Shown: one piece after another, positions 16,120 through 26,488 of the stretch | Layout: every line of letters begins with the position of its first letter | Numbering within the stretch: the first letter of the stretch is position 1 | IMG/VR virus record: IMGVR_UViG_2751185783_000001 | Span: 47,168-111,167 of that record | DNA: 64,000 bases | Origin: a virus | Lineage: Duplodnaviria > Caudoviricetes | Reading direction: 5' to 3' (one strand) | Program-made: the position numbers and the translations under genes | The notes under the pieces: model-generated | What the model was told of the DNA's origin: nothing | The model's database searches: none | The model's input: only the letters and a program-made list of their open reading frames with translations

Positions 16120-19100
16120 TCACCCCCGCGCCATCACCGGTGTCGACCGGGCCGACTGGACCGTGCGGCGGGTGCCCGACAGCATTGCCGCCGCCACGCC
16201 GGGCGCCACGTCTCCGATGGCGGAGATGAGCTTTTCGAGGCGGTCGATGACCTGTTCCATCGTCGGCGCCGGGGTGACGGTTTCGTTGCGGCCGGTCCCG
16301 TTGTAGATGGGCGGGGACCAGCCGGGTTGCAGCCAGCCGCCGGTGTCCATGACGGGGAACTGTGACTGGCCCTTGCCGAATTTCGGCAGGATCGCGCCGA
16401 GGCGGGCCGCCCAGTGGTCGTGGGCGTTGCCGCCCGAAAAATTGTGCTGGTTCCACACTGCCCCGGTGTAGGTGTGCTTCCTGCCGTTGTGCAGGTTGTA
16501 CTGCTGATACGGGGTGATCAGCTCCTTGGTGATGTTGCGGTAGTGGTCGTAGATGTACTTCGCCACGCTCTTGTCCGGCGGCACATCCACGGCCCGGTCT
16601 GTGCCGTGATACGACGGGTTGCCGGACAGGGTGCGGGCGCCCGGCCGGAACCCGGAGATCAGCCGCAGCCCGGGGAACTGCGCGCGCAAGGCCCGCATCA
16701 TTCCCGCGCTGCCGCCGAACGGCGACGACCCGTTACCGGGGCCGGACGTGCCCGATGATCCCGGCGCGGCTACGAATCCGGTCACCTTGTCGACCGCGGC
16801 GTCCAGGAGCTTGCCCGGGACGGCGGTGACGAGTTTGCCCCACGGCAAGTCCTTGCCGGGCACCAGGTTGGTGAGGTTCCCGACGAGGGTTTTGATACCG
16901 CCGGCGGGGTCAGCCAGCAGACCCTTCGCCCCCGTGAGGACGTCCGATGCCTTGCCTCTGATCTTCTTCCACAGGTCCCCCAGGCCGTCACCGCTGCCGA
17001 TGATGCCGCCCGACTTGAACTGGCCAGACATGGCCCGGCGTACGGCAGGGACGCCGCCAGTACGGGCGGCCTGATTCATCGTGTTGACCCAGTCGGTGCC
17101 AACCGCACGCCCAAACTCGGGCCGCATGACCGGCTCGCCGCCGGACAAGTCGAGGGTGCCGCCGGTCGGCGAGTAGAACCGGTGGACGTCACGGCCCGGG
17201 GTGTAGCCGGGCAGAACACCGCCCTTCGCGAAGCCCTTTGGCAGGGAAATCTTGGCGGCTTCCTTGACCCCGAAGAACTTCGCGATCTTGTTGTAGCCGC
17301 CGATCAGTCCGCCGTTCAACACGGTGTTGACCACAAAACGGACTGGCTCTTTCGCCACGTCGGTCAACTTCGACCACGCCGTTTTGATCGCCCCGACGCC
17401 GGTGGTGAAAGCGTTCGGGATTGTCTTCGTGACGAATGTCTGGATCGGGGTGAACACGTTGTTCTTGATGGCCGTCCACACGTCACCCAGGCCGGTACGG
17501 ATCGCCCCGAATGCCGTGGTCACCTTCGTCTTCGCGGTGGCGAACGCGTTTGGGATCGTCTCCATCACAAACGTGCGCATCGGCGTGAACACATTCGTTT
17601 TGATCGACGTCCACGCCGACGACAGGCTGTTACGGATCTCCGTCCAGCGCGCGGACGCCTTCTCCTTGAGCTGCTGGAAGCCGTTCGGGATGGTTACCGT
17701 GACGAAGGTCTTCAGCGGGTTGAACACCTGCTGGACGAGTTGGTTCCAGGCGCCGGTGATGGCCTTGCCCGCGGCGTCGAAGAACCCGCCGATTTTCTTC
17801 GCCCAGCTGATCGCGGTGAGGATCCAGCCCTGGATGAGGGTGACCCACTTCTCCGCGTCGGTGATCAGTTTGCCCATGGCGGGCAGCCACACATTGACCA
17901 GCTTGCCGATGAATTCGCTGGCCATCGCCACCCACAGGCGGATCTTGTTCTGGTTCTCGGGGTCGCGCAGCCAACCCAAAACCCGGGTGAGGACGCCTTC
18001 GACGCCGCCGAGGAACGACCCGGAGGCTTCCTTCGACTGCGGGAACAGGATCGCGATGATCTCGCCGAAGATGCGGAAGACCAGCCCGCCGATCCGGAAG
18101 ATCTGATCCAGCGTCTTCGCGGCCCCGGCCATGAACGAGTCGAGCTTGCCGGACTCGTCCGCGCTCTTCATCCACGCGCCGAACTTGGTGAAGATCCCGC
18201 CGATCAGATCGCCGATGACCTGAAGGACAGGCTTCGCGCTGTCGCCCAGCCGGGCCAGCCCGTCGAACAGGCCCGGCAACCCGGCACCGATCCGGGACAT
18301 CATCTCGCCGAACCCGTCGACTGCGCCCTTCACGTTCTTGATGAATCCGGCCTCGCCGAACTTCTTGAATAGGCCGTCGCCGATGATGTTCAGCCGGTCC
18401 GCGAGCCCACCCAACGACTCCTTCAGGTGCGGAATCCACGTGTCCGCAAGCTTCTGCACCTGCCCGGACACGCCATCGAGGAGCCGGTCCTGCACGAATT
18501 TGCGCAGCTCCCCGAACGGCTCCCGCAAACCGAACAGAGTCTTCACCAGGTCGCGGGCGTTCGGGCTCAGCTCCGCCATCTGCTGGTTGAGTTTCTCCAG
18601 CGCGGACCCGCCGGCGAGCCCGGCCTGAGTGGACGCCTGCCCCAGTGCCCGCTGCGCCGCCGTCACCGCCTGCGACGCCTGCGCCAGCTGGTAGGCACCC
18701 TGACGCTGCTGGTTCTGCCTCGAACGGCGCGCCTCATCCAGCGCACGCTCAGCCGCCTCGACTTTCTGCGCCCCGGCGACCCGGGCATCCTCCGCGGCCT
18801 GCTGCGCCTTACGGACCTCCGCCTCAGCGGCTGCCACACCGCGGCGGGCATCCGCCACACCCTTGTCGGCCTGCGCGATGCGTTCCCGTGCCCGCGTGAC
18901 CTCGTCGGACCCCTCGACGCCCTTCTTGACGGCGTCCTGCTGTTCCGCCGCGAGGCGTTTGCCGCGGACGGCGAGGTCGTTGAGTTGGGCGACCTGCCGT
19001 TCGTAGGTGAGTTGCGCTTGGGCCTTCTGCTCGGCGGTGGCCTTCGGATCCGCGAGGACCTTGTTCAGGGCCTTCTGCGCCTCGGCCACATCCAGTTGGG

Positions 19101-20562
19101 CCTGCCGCTGGTCCAAGCCGTTGTTTTTGACCGCGCTGGCGAGGTCTTCGAGGTTACGTCGCGCGTCCTCCTGCGCCTCGGTCAGATCGCGGCGAACCTG
19201 CAACGCCGCCCGCTCGGCATCCGTCAACGCCAGCTGGGCGTCACGGACCCGTTGCCCGGCGGCGACGATCTGTTCCTGCGCGGCTTTGGCTTGGCGGGCA
19301 GCTTCTTGCCGGGCCTGACCGACCGCCCGTTCGGCGTCGGCGATCTGCTGCGCGGCACGACGGGACGCCTCCGCCAGGGTGGCGCGGGTGTTGGCCTGCG
19401 CCGCGAGCGCCGACTTCACCTGATCACTGGCGTTCGCGACCGCGTTCTGAGCGCCGGCGAACGACGCCGACGACTTCGCCGCCTCGTCCTGCGCCGCGAC
19501 CATCGCCGAGAAAGCGCCGCCGACCCCGCCCAACCCCAGCTTGAGAGTGAGCGCGCCAGCCGCCAGCCCGAACAGTGCCCCGGACGCGGCACCCAGCAGG
19601 CCGCCGACCGTGGCGACCACCGGGGCCAGCGCCAGAAACGCCACACCCAAACCGACTGTCGCCGCAGCACCGGCCAGCAACGCCGTGACAACCGCGCCGA
19701 TGGCCAGATTCAGGCCGCCCGTCGCCGCGGTCAGCGCGGCACCCGACGCCGCGGCCCCCACCATCGCCGTGCTGATCTGCCCGCCCGCCTGCACCGCGGA
19801 CTGGCCCAATGTCGAGAAGAACGTGCCGGCGATCCCGGACACGCCGGAGAACGCCTGCCCGAGCAGCCCGGCGACCGTGCCCGCAAGGGAGGTGACGCCC
19901 TGCTGCGCCCGGCCGGTGTCGACGTCCACATCGACGTCGACGTCCCTGCCGTCGAGCTTGTCGACCTGAGCGGTCAGGGCGGCCAGCTTCGCCACCGCAG
20001 CGGCAACATCGGCCTTGACCTGCACGCTCGGCGACTGCGCCGCGAGAGCCTGCAACTGCTGCTCCAGGTAGCGGACCTCGGCGACCGCCCGCCCGGCGTC
20101 CAGGTCCACGCCGATCGTCTTCGACGCGAGCGCCCCCAGCTGGGCGGACAGGTCCCGCAGCTGCTGCTCGGCCTTGTCTTTCGCCACCCCGACGGTGATC
20201 GGCGGCAGGGCCTTGGCGGCCTGCGTCAGCTGCTTTTTGAAACCGTCGGCGAACGACCCGCCGGACTCCTCACCGGACTTGCGGGTGCGGGTCTTGTCCG
20301 GGCCGACCGGCGCGTCCTTCGTCTTCTCACGCGCCCGGTCGGTGAAGCCCTTCGCGAACTCGTCGGCGACGGCCTTACCGATGTCGGCGCCGGACGCGGC
20401 CATGACCTTCGTCAGAGACTCGGCGAGGGACTTGCCCAGAGTCCGGCCTGCGGTCTTGCCGGCCTTGTCGAGGTCCCCGTCGAGAGCCCGTTCGGTGTCC
20501 TGCCGGAACGACGACGTGTCCGGCCGGATGCGCACGAAGGCGGTAGCGAGCGGGGTACCCAC
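16120..20562 (-). CDS. tape measure protein with C-terminal LAS/M15-like peptidase domain
   Basis: 1480 aa, Ala/Gln coiled coils, periodic W/F repeats, FAKGGVLPGYTPG, ISGFR...SYHGTDRAVD...HDHW. Confidence 0.92.
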   Translation of the reverse strand: MGTPLATAFVRIRPDTSSFRQDTERALDGDLDKAGKTAGRTLGKSLAESLTKVMAASGADIGKAVADEFAKGFTDRAREKTKDAPVGPDKTRTRKSGEESGGSFADGFKKQLTQAAKALPPITVGVAKDKAEQQLRDLSAQLGALASKTIGVDLDAGRAVAEVRYLEQQLQALAAQSPSVQVKADVAAAVAKLAALTAQVDKLDGRDVDVDVDVDTGRAQQGVTSLAGTVAGLLGQAFSGVSGIAGTFFSTLGQSAVQAGGQISTAMVGAAASGAALTAATGGLNLAIGAVVTALLAGAAATVGLGVAFLALAPVVATVGGLLGAASGALFGLAAGALTLKLGLGGVGGAFSAMVAAQDEAAKSSASFAGAQNAVANASDQVKSALAAQANTRATLAEASRRAAQQIADAERAVGQARQEAARQAKAAQEQIVAAGQRVRDAQLALTDAERAALQVRRDLTEAQEDARRNLEDLASAVKNNGLDQRQAQLDVAEAQKALNKVLADPKATAEQKAQAQLTYERQVAQLNDLAVRGKRLAAEQQDAVKKGVEGSDEVTRARERIAQADKGVADARRGVAAAEAEVRKAQQAAEDARVAGAQKVEAAERALDEARRSRQNQQRQGAYQLAQASQAVTAAQRALGQASTQAGLAGGSALEKLNQQMAELSPNARDLVKTLFGLREPFGELRKFVQDRLLDGVSGQVQKLADTWIPHLKESLGGLADRLNIIGDGLFKKFGEAGFIKNVKGAVDGFGEMMSRIGAGLPGLFDGLARLGDSAKPVLQVIGDLIGGIFTKFGAWMKSADESGKLDSFMAGAAKTLDQIFRIGGLVFRIFGEIIAILFPQSKEASGSFLGGVEGVLTRVLGWLRDPENQNKIRLWVAMASEFIGKLVNVWLPAMGKLITDAEKWVTLIQGWILTAISWAKKIGGFFDAAGKAITGAWNQLVQQVFNPLKTFVTVTIPNGFQQLKEKASARWTEIRNSLSSAWTSIKTNVFTPMRTFVMETIPNAFATAKTKVTTAFGAIRTGLGDVWTAIKNNVFTPIQTFVTKTIPNAFTTGVGAIKTAWSKLTDVAKEPVRFVVNTVLNGGLIGGYNKIAKFFGVKEAAKISLPKGFAKGGVLPGYTPGRDVHRFYSPTGGTLDLSGGEPVMRPEFGRAVGTDWVNTMNQAARTGGVPAVRRAMSGQFKSGGIIGSGDGLGDLWKKIRGKASDVLTGAKGLLADPAGGIKTLVGNLTNLVPGKDLPWGKLVTAVPGKLLDAAVDKVTGFVAAPGSSGTSGPGNGSSPFGGSAGMMRALRAQFPGLRLISGFRPGARTLSGNPSYHGTDRAVDVPPDKSVAKYIYDHYRNITKELITPYQQYNLHNGRKHTYTGAVWNQHNFSGGNAHDHWAARLGAILPKFGKGQSQFPVMDTGGWLQPGWSPPIYNGTGRNETVTPAPTMEQVIDRLEKLISAIGDVAPGVAAAMLSGTRRTVQSARSTPVMARG

Positions 20563-20583
20563 GGCACCCCCTCGACGGCTCTC

Positions 20584-20921
20584 TCAGGAGGGAAGGGTGC
20601 GGGAGAATTCGCGGGTCAACGCATCGTCGAGCCGGTCAGCGTGCAACGGCGCGTACAGGTCGTCGTCGAACTGCCGCATGATCCGGGCCCGGTCCTTGCC
20701 GTCCGCCATGACGAGGGCGTCCAGCAGCTGCCGCTTCAGGTAGGTGTAGACCAGGTTGCACAGCCGGCGCGGTGTCAGGCCGTCAAGCGGGCCCGCATCT
20801 GTTCCGCCGTCTCCAGGCTCTCCCCGTACCCCTGCACCAGACGCAAGGTCGAGGACCCCTTCGAGTTCGCCGATGTTGCGGGCGGCCCAGCCGAGGAGAC
20901 GGCGGGCCGCCGGGTAGGGCG
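20584..20921 (-). CDS. tail assembly chaperone, frameshifted C-terminal extension
   Basis: open -1 frame overlapping the chaperone from CGC CCT ACC and running up to the tape measure gene. Confidence 0.6.
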
Positions 20922-21245
20922 GGCGGTCACCAACTCGATGGCCTGCCCCACCACGGCCAGCAGGTCGTCCTCGTCGGCGGCGGTCTCGTCGGCGTGGTCG
21001 CCGAACCGTTCCCAGTCCTCCTCGACGATGCACGCCCTGAGGAGCTTGTACATGGCGGCCAGGGTTTTCATGCCGCCGGTTTCCTCGCCGGAGTCGGCCA
21101 TCGCCGCGAACCGCAGCAACGCCATCTTGCCGATCTTGTCGCGGAGTTTGAAGTGTTCACCCATGAACTCGATGCGCAGGTCGTCGACGAGTTCGATACC
21201 TTCGGCGCGGGCCTGGAGTTCGTGGACGTCGAGGACATCAGCCAC
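20775..21245 (-). CDS. tail assembly chaperone
   Basis: between major tail and tape measure genes; TARPT motif. Confidence 0.8.
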   Translation of the reverse strand: MADVLDVHELQARAEGIELVDDLRIEFMGEHFKLRDKIGKMALLRFAAMADSGEETGGMKTLAAMYKLLRACIVEEDWERFGDHADETAADEDDLLAVVGQAIELVTARPTRRPAVSSAGPPATSANSKGSSTLRLVQGYGESLETAEQMRARLTA

Positions 21246-21819
21246 GGATCGTCCCGGCGGTGTCGTACAGATAGGGGTCACCGTTCGCGTCCGGCTCGAA
21301 CTTGAAGTTGACGGGCAGGCCCGCATTGTCGGCGCCCTTACGGCGGCTGATGGAGATCGAACCGACCTGGAAGGCCTGCTGCGCGACGATCCGCTCGGTG
21401 GAGTCGCTGGACTCCCAGCCGATCATGCAGCGGATTTCCTGCCCGAGTGCCGGCAGTTTGTACGTGGTCCTCAGTGTCGCCCCCGAGCCGGAGGTGGTGA
21501 GGGTGCCGCCGTTGAAGACCCTGCGCATGTTCGTGGCGTGGATCTGCATCATCTCGAATTCCATGCCGACCGTGCGGCCGGTGGTGACGTTGGCGATGGC
21601 TTCCAGGTATTCGGCGGCCTCCACCTCCTCCGAGTCGAGTTCCACGGAGAAGTCGTGGCCCTCCCTCGTCACGCCGAGGAGGTTCCAGCCGACCGGCCAT
21701 GCGTCGGTGAACACCGACCCGGCCACCGTGTACGAGGGGAGGCTGGTGCCGAGGTTGGCGTACAGCAGCCATCCGGCGCCGAACGACAGGGCGTTCTTCG
21801 GCGCGACCATACTGGGCAT
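21238..21819 (-). CDS. major tail protein
   Basis: GWNLLGVTREG motif; GAAAGG RBS; synteny. Confidence 0.85.
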   Translation of the reverse strand: MPSMVAPKNALSFGAGWLLYANLGTSLPSYTVAGSVFTDAWPVGWNLLGVTREGHDFSVELDSEEVEAAEYLEAIANVTTGRTVGMEFEMMQIHATNMRRVFNGGTLTTSGSGATLRTTYKLPALGQEIRCMIGWESSDSTERIVAQQAFQVGSISISRRKGADNAGLPVNFKFEPDANGDPYLYDTAGTIRG

Positions 21820-21825
21820 GAAGAT

Positions 21826-21896
21826 CCTTTCCGGGGCGCTGCGCCCTGAAGCGAGGCATGACGAAGACCGCCGTGGCGTCACGCCAGGCGGTGAGG
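21826..21896 (-). promoter_or_regulatory. hairpin leader upstream of the major tail gene
   Basis: CCTC-ACCGCC-TGGCG tga CGCCA c GGCGGT-CTTCGTCATGCC...GAAAGG. Confidence 0.55.
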
Positions 21897-21919
21897 AGAA
21901 GTGCGAGAAAGGGGCGCGG

Positions 21920-22333
21920 TCAGGTCGCGCGCAGGAACAGATCCGCTGACACCACGTAGCGGGGGACCGGGCCGTCCGGCGACCAGAACGGGGCCGTCAC
22001 GTTGTCCGCCACCAGCACCGCCCCCGCGCCGGCCCGGCCGTCGAGGGCTTCGAGTTCGTTGGCGACCGCCGTCGCGGCGAGTGATGCGGCTTCACGGGTG
22101 CGGGCGTAGACGAGCCACGACAGCAGTGCCCTCATGTCGGGGTTCTCCGCCGACAACGCGGCCGAGCCGCCGACGAGCTGGATTTCCGCCCACGGCTGGT
22201 TGTCGCCCCGTAGCTGTCCTCGAATCGCGCCTTTGGCGAGCGGGTTGCCCGGCCCGACGAGGGTGGAGGTGAGGGAGTTCGTCCAGTCCCGGGCGACTTG
22301 TTCGGCGTCGGCGAACACCGGCAACGGGATCAC
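21920..22333 (-). CDS. tail terminator / tail completion protein
   Basis: FADAEQV...PRYVVS; synteny. Confidence 0.75.
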   Translation of the reverse strand: MIPLPVFADAEQVARDWTNSLTSTLVGPGNPLAKGAIRGQLRGDNQPWAEIQLVGGSAALSAENPDMRALLSWLVYARTREAASLAATAVANELEALDGRAGAGAVLVADNVTAPFWSPDGPVPRYVVSADLFLRAT

Positions 22334-22759
22334 CTACCTGTCCCGGGCGGCCTCGATGCTGGGGCGGATGAACGGTTGAGCTTCGGTGCCGGGGTGCTGG
22401 ACTTCTCGGCCGAAGACGCGCCCGTCGGCGGCGCGCAGCGGGTAGTCGCCCTTCGGCCGGATGACGTGCGGTGCCGTACCGAACTCGACGTCCACCGGGT
22501 AGGGATGCCCATCGGGGGTTTCCGCGGTCGGCCCGACGTCGGCGTAGATCCCTTCGGCGTCACGGCCGTTTCGGACGGTGATGCTGTCGCGCATGTACCC
22601 GGGCTCCCGGCCGTGGGAGCCGTCCGCCGACACCGGTGCGAGGCGTTCCTGTTCGGCCTCGACCCGGGCAGCCCGGGCCGCGAGGTCCTCCCCGACCGGG
22701 CCGCGCGCCGACCGCAGCAGCCGGTCCTCTTCGCGCCGGTTCCAGCGGATGCGGGCCAT
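22334..22759 (-). CDS. HK97 gp10-like neck protein
   Basis: LAPV...GYMRDSI...VEFGT...HPGTEAQPFIRP. Confidence 0.85.
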   Translation of the reverse strand: MARIRWNRREEDRLLRSARGPVGEDLAARAARVEAEQERLAPVSADGSHGREPGYMRDSITVRNGRDAEGIYADVGPTAETPDGHPYPVDVEFGTAPHVIRPKGDYPLRAADGRVFGREVQHPGTEAQPFIRPSIEAARDR

Positions 22760-23262
22760 CAGAGGTTGTCGTAGTCGAAGTCCTGGAGCTGGGCGACGGT
22801 CGAGTCCTTCGCAGTCTGCTCATTCATGCCGCGGGCGATCGCGTACTTCACCCATTCCGGCTTCTTCGCGTCCTGGGTCGGCGGCTCCGGCGTGTTGGCC
22901 TGCTCCGCTGCCTGTTCGGCGACCGCGTCGGGCAGCGGCTCGTCGACGACCTGTACACCCTCGACTACGGTCGGGTCCACGTCGAAGACCGGCTGGCGGT
23001 CGGCCATCTGGTCGCGGGTCATGTCGTCGATCTCCGCCTGGTCGAGGCCCTGACCGAGCCAGTACGCCTCCCACTCGTGGCGGCGGGCGTTACCTGCTGG
23101 CCGGGGGATGACGTTGACGTTGGCGGGCAGGACCTCGCGGCCTACGACGAGGCCGAGGTTCTGCACGGCGTCGGCGGTGACGTCGTCGCCGGGGTTGTAG
23201 GCGCGGACCCCGTTCGGGCCCTGGATGGCGGTGACGGCGGTGTATTCGGCGTTCGGTCGCAT
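22759..23262 (-). CDS. hypothetical virion-region protein
   Basis: two repeats of a P-x5-K/R-xEW-x2-Y motif. Confidence 0.7.
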   Translation of the reverse strand: MRPNAEYTAVTAIQGPNGVRAYNPGDDVTADAVQNLGLVVGREVLPANVNVIPRPAGNARRHEWEAYWLGQGLDQAEIDDMTRDQMADRQPVFDVDPTVVEGVQVVDEPLPDAVAEQAAEQANTPEPPTQDAKKPEWVKYAIARGMNEQTAKDSTVAQLQDFDYDNL

Positions 23263-23264
23263 GA

Positions 23265-23600
23265 TCAGGCCCCAATCACCCAGTATTTGATCTCGGTGGC
23301 GGTTCCGTCGATGGTCAGACCGACCCTGCCGTTGGCATCTCCGTAGTTAGCCGGCACCCGCACCAGCTGGTATGTGCTCGCCGCGATCGCATAGCGGCGC
23401 TTACCTGGCGTTGCCGCGCTGCCCACCGGCAGGCCGTCGAAGAGGTAGCCGATCGCCAGGTCCACGTTGTGAACTCCGGCGCCGGAGTTGAACACCAGCA
23501 GGGTGCATCCGGCAGGAACCGTGTCGGCGGACGCGGTTCCGTTGCGCTGGACGATGGCGACGCCCGCGCTGCTGGGGGCGTCGGCGGCGTAGTCAGCCAC
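23265..23600 (-). CDS. hypothetical virion-region protein
   Basis: AAGGAG RBS; beta-rich 111 aa. Confidence 0.7.
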   Translation of the reverse strand: MADYAADAPSSAGVAIVQRNGTASADTVPAGCTLLVFNSGAGVHNVDLAIGYLFDGLPVGSAATPGKRRYAIAASTYQLVRVPANYGDANGRVGLTIDGTATEIKYWVIGA

Positions 23601-23615
23601 GGATTCTCCTTCGGG

Positions 23616-24374
23616 TTAGTAGAGGTAGCGGTCGCCCCACGGCACCGCGGCGGGGAACGAATAAATCGGGAGAACCTCGAAGGATCCGTCGGCGTCGCCG
23701 TCCTCGAGGTCACGGATCGCGGCTTGGAGCCGGTCGAGGTCTTTGTCCGCGCGCGCCTCGAGGGCGGCGGCGGTGGCGAGGCTGTCTTGACCGGTGCGGT
23801 CGTCGCCGTACGCGCGCAGGATCATCGCCGCGGCCCGGCGGGCGGCGATCGCCGACGCGAGGGGGTGCAGGCTGTCGGGGACCGTTCCGGCGAGGGCTTG
23901 GACTTCGGCGACCGCATCGTTGATGTGGCGCTGGGCGACGTCGCCGGTCGGGTTGGTGCGTTGATCGAACGTGCCCAATTCGATCGCGCTGCCGGGTGTG
24001 GTCTGGTCGACGGTCAGCCGCGGCACATAGGCGGCGACCCGGGACAGGCCTGGCGACCAGGTTGGGCCTCCCGCTGCCGGGGGTGCGGTGACCCACACCT
24101 CGACGTCTTCGGTGCCCTCACCGGTGCCGGTGGTCTGCCAGTGCAGGACGGTCCGGCCGGGCAGCGGGTAGACGATCGGGTCGACGGCCTGCCAGCGCTG
24201 CGTGTACTCGGCCGGGCTGGAGCCGGGAACCTGCACGAGTGGGCCCGCGGCGACCGGCACCGGCACGGCTGGGGCGCCGGGGAACACGGCGGTCAGCGTG
24301 ACCACGGTGTCGATCGCGGCCGGGGCGACGACGATCCACGGCTGGTCGGCGTCACCGACACCAAGATCCGACAT
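23616..24374 (-). CDS. head-tail adaptor with an extra N-terminal beta domain
   Basis: helical C-terminal half (WSP...VAAYVP...TNPT...AAMIL) of connector type; beta-rich N-terminal ~100 aa. Confidence 0.65.
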   Translation of the reverse strand: MSDLGVGDADQPWIVVAPAAIDTVVTLTAVFPGAPAVPVPVAAGPLVQVPGSSPAEYTQRWQAVDPIVYPLPGRTVLHWQTTGTGEGTEDVEVWVTAPPAAGGPTWSPGLSRVAAYVPRLTVDQTTPGSAIELGTFDQRTNPTGDVAQRHINDAVAEVQALAGTVPDSLHPLASAIAARRAAAMILRAYGDDRTGQDSLATAAALEARADKDLDRLQAAIRDLEDGDADGSFEVLPIYSFPAAVPWGDRYLY

Positions 24375-26488
24375 CACACCCCCGTTCCGAGGCCGCGGCT
24401 GCTGCCGGTCGTGTACGTGGGCCGGACGGCACCGGTAGTGAAGGCGCCCGGGCGGCGGGGCAGGATCGGGGTGTCGTTGCCGAACCCGGTCAGGGCGGGC
24501 AGGCTCGCGGCGAGGGCACCGGTAGCGGTCGCGGATCCTGTCGCGGCGCCGGCGAGCGCGGGTAGGACGGCGGCGGCCTGCCCGGGTGTGGTGAGTGCTG
24601 CGGCGATCGTGGCGGTGAGCTGCGGTAGCCCCGCCGACAGGATGGCGGCGACGGTGACGGTTCCGGCGGCGGAACCTGTGACGGTGGGCAGGACGGTCGT
24701 GCCGACGCCCGCGGTGGTGGCCGTGCCTGAGGCGGCGGCTTGGACGGCGGGTAGTGCCGGGGCAGCTGTTCCGGCGGCCCGCGCAGAACCCGCCCCGGAG
24801 GCGGCGAGGGCCGGGAGTAGTGCCGCAGCGGCGCCGGACGTGCTTGCGGATCCGGCCCCGGCCCCGGTGAGGGCGGGCAGCGACGCGCCGATCTGCCCTG
24901 ATGCCCCACCGCCGGTGGCGGCGCCGCGGAAGGCAGCGGCGAGCAGATACCGGTCGTAGGCGGGCCCGGTCCACGACACCGACGGCGTTTCAGCGGCAGG
25001 CCCGGCCGGGGTTTTCGCGGCGACGGCACCGTACGCGCCGGTCGTGCCGCTGCCGGACGACCCGGATGTCAGCCCGGTGTACCCGGACGACCAGGCGGGT
25101 GCGGCCGGGGCGGTAGTGAAGTTGTGGACGGCGGCGAACGCGATCACCAGGTCGTTGCCGTCGACCAGCGCACCGGTGGACGGGGCGGGGCTGGCGCTCG
25201 CGGCGAGGAACGGGGCCTGTTCGGCGACGCTCACGTCCAGGCCTGCGGTGTTCGCCACCCGCACCCACAAGGCGGACGTGTTGGAGGCGACCCCGCCACC
25301 CAAGTCGATGGTGGCGGTGCCGGTGCCGCCAGCACGGGTGTACAGGTAGGCGCCCTGGAAACCGACGGACGAGACGACCAGGTCCCAGCCGGGCACGCTC
25401 ACGGTGTTGTCGGAGTTGATGGCCAGGACATCCAGCACGCCGGGGCCGGTGGTGCCGCCGCCCGTGTACGTGACCACAGTGCCTGAGGTCGTGAACGCGA
25501 ACGCCTGCGGTGTGCCGGTGACGGTCGGCGCCACTGGTGTTCCGGTTACGTTGCCCGCTGCTTGGCCGGCCAGCGGGGGCAGGGCGGGGGTGCCTGTTGC
25601 TGACGCCCGCCCGGCACCGGTGGCCGTGCCGGTGAGTGTGGGCAGTGCGGCAGCCGAGGTTCCCGTGGCCCGGCTCGTGCCGGTCCCGGCCGCGGTGAGT
25701 GCCGGCAGGGTGGGCCCGGCTGTTCCGGAGTTCCGCACCGTTCCGGCCGCCGCGCCGGTGACCGCGGGAAGGACCGGGGTGGCCGTGCCCGTGCTGCGTG
25801 CCGTTCCGGATCCGGCCGCGGTCAGGGCGGGCAGCGCCGGGGTTGCGGTGCCGGAAGCCTGCGCCGAACCGGTCCCTGCACCGGTCACGGCGGGCAGTGA
25901 CACCGCGGCGGTACCGGTGGCACTCGGCACCGTGTTGACGTTGTCGGCCTCGGCGACGTTCGCCGTGCCGCTGTCGCGGTGCGCCTCGACGTTCAGACTG
26001 AGGTCTGCCGCGGCGGCCAGCCACGCCGGGGTGGTGAGCGTCCGCAGCGTCGTCCACGCCGACGCGTCCGGGCTCGTCTCGAACAGGGTGTTGCCGCCGG
26101 AGACCCGGATCCGCACCCACCGGTGGGAGGTCGCGCTGTACGCGACCGTTGACGGTGCCGGATCGTAGTAACCCGACCTGCTCTTGGCCTGGATATTGCC
26201 GGTGACCGTGTCGATGTGGATGCTGACGTCGGTGCCGCCGGGCTGACCCGGCGAGTAGAGCAGCACATCGACGTAGCACTCAGTCGCGCCGTTCGCCGCG
26301 GGCGCCCACACCTGGAGGTACACGCTGTCGAGGGTGTGGACGTACCCGGACTGGAGGGCGGCGTAGCCGGTACCGCACGGAATCTGGACCCGGCCGCCGC
26401 TTTCGGTGATGCCGCCGTACGAATTCGGCCACTTCGACGACAGGGTCCCGTCGTCGAAGTCGTCGACGAGGGTGGAGGTGGCGGGCAT
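24374..26488 (-). CDS. repeat-rich fibre-like virion protein
   Basis: N-terminal LamG-like domain and two blocks of 21-aa LPAL repeats flanking a second globular domain. Confidence 0.75.
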   Translation of the reverse strand: MPATSTLVDDFDDGTLSSKWPNSYGGITESGGRVQIPCGTGYAALQSGYVHTLDSVYLQVWAPAANGATECYVDVLLYSPGQPGGTDVSIHIDTVTGNIQAKSRSGYYDPAPSTVAYSATSHRWVRIRVSGGNTLFETSPDASAWTTLRTLTTPAWLAAAADLSLNVEAHRDSGTANVAEADNVNTVPSATGTAAVSLPAVTGAGTGSAQASGTATPALPALTAAGSGTARSTGTATPVLPAVTGAAAGTVRNSGTAGPTLPALTAAGTGTSRATGTSAAALPTLTGTATGAGRASATGTPALPPLAGQAAGNVTGTPVAPTVTGTPQAFAFTTSGTVVTYTGGGTTGPGVLDVLAINSDNTVSVPGWDLVVSSVGFQGAYLYTRAGGTGTATIDLGGGVASNTSALWVRVANTAGLDVSVAEQAPFLAASASPAPSTGALVDGNDLVIAFAAVHNFTTAPAAPAWSSGYTGLTSGSSGSGTTGAYGAVAAKTPAGPAAETPSVSWTGPAYDRYLLAAAFRGAATGGGASGQIGASLPALTGAGAGSASTSGAAAALLPALAASGAGSARAAGTAAPALPAVQAAASGTATTAGVGTTVLPTVTGSAAGTVTVAAILSAGLPQLTATIAAALTTPGQAAAVLPALAGAATGSATATGALAASLPALTGFGNDTPILPRRPGAFTTGAVRPTYTTGSSRGLGTGV

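Noticed and set aside
18427-21849. 1140-aa plus-strand ORF
   Set aside because: Antisense shadow of the tape measure and tail genes; long stop-free reverse frames are expected at this GC content, and it has no recognisable motifs.
24374-26488. Diversity-generating retroelement or tandem DNA array in the fibre gene
   Set aside because: The repeats are degenerate at DNA level and conserved at protein level; no reverse transcriptase or template/variable repeat pair was seen.
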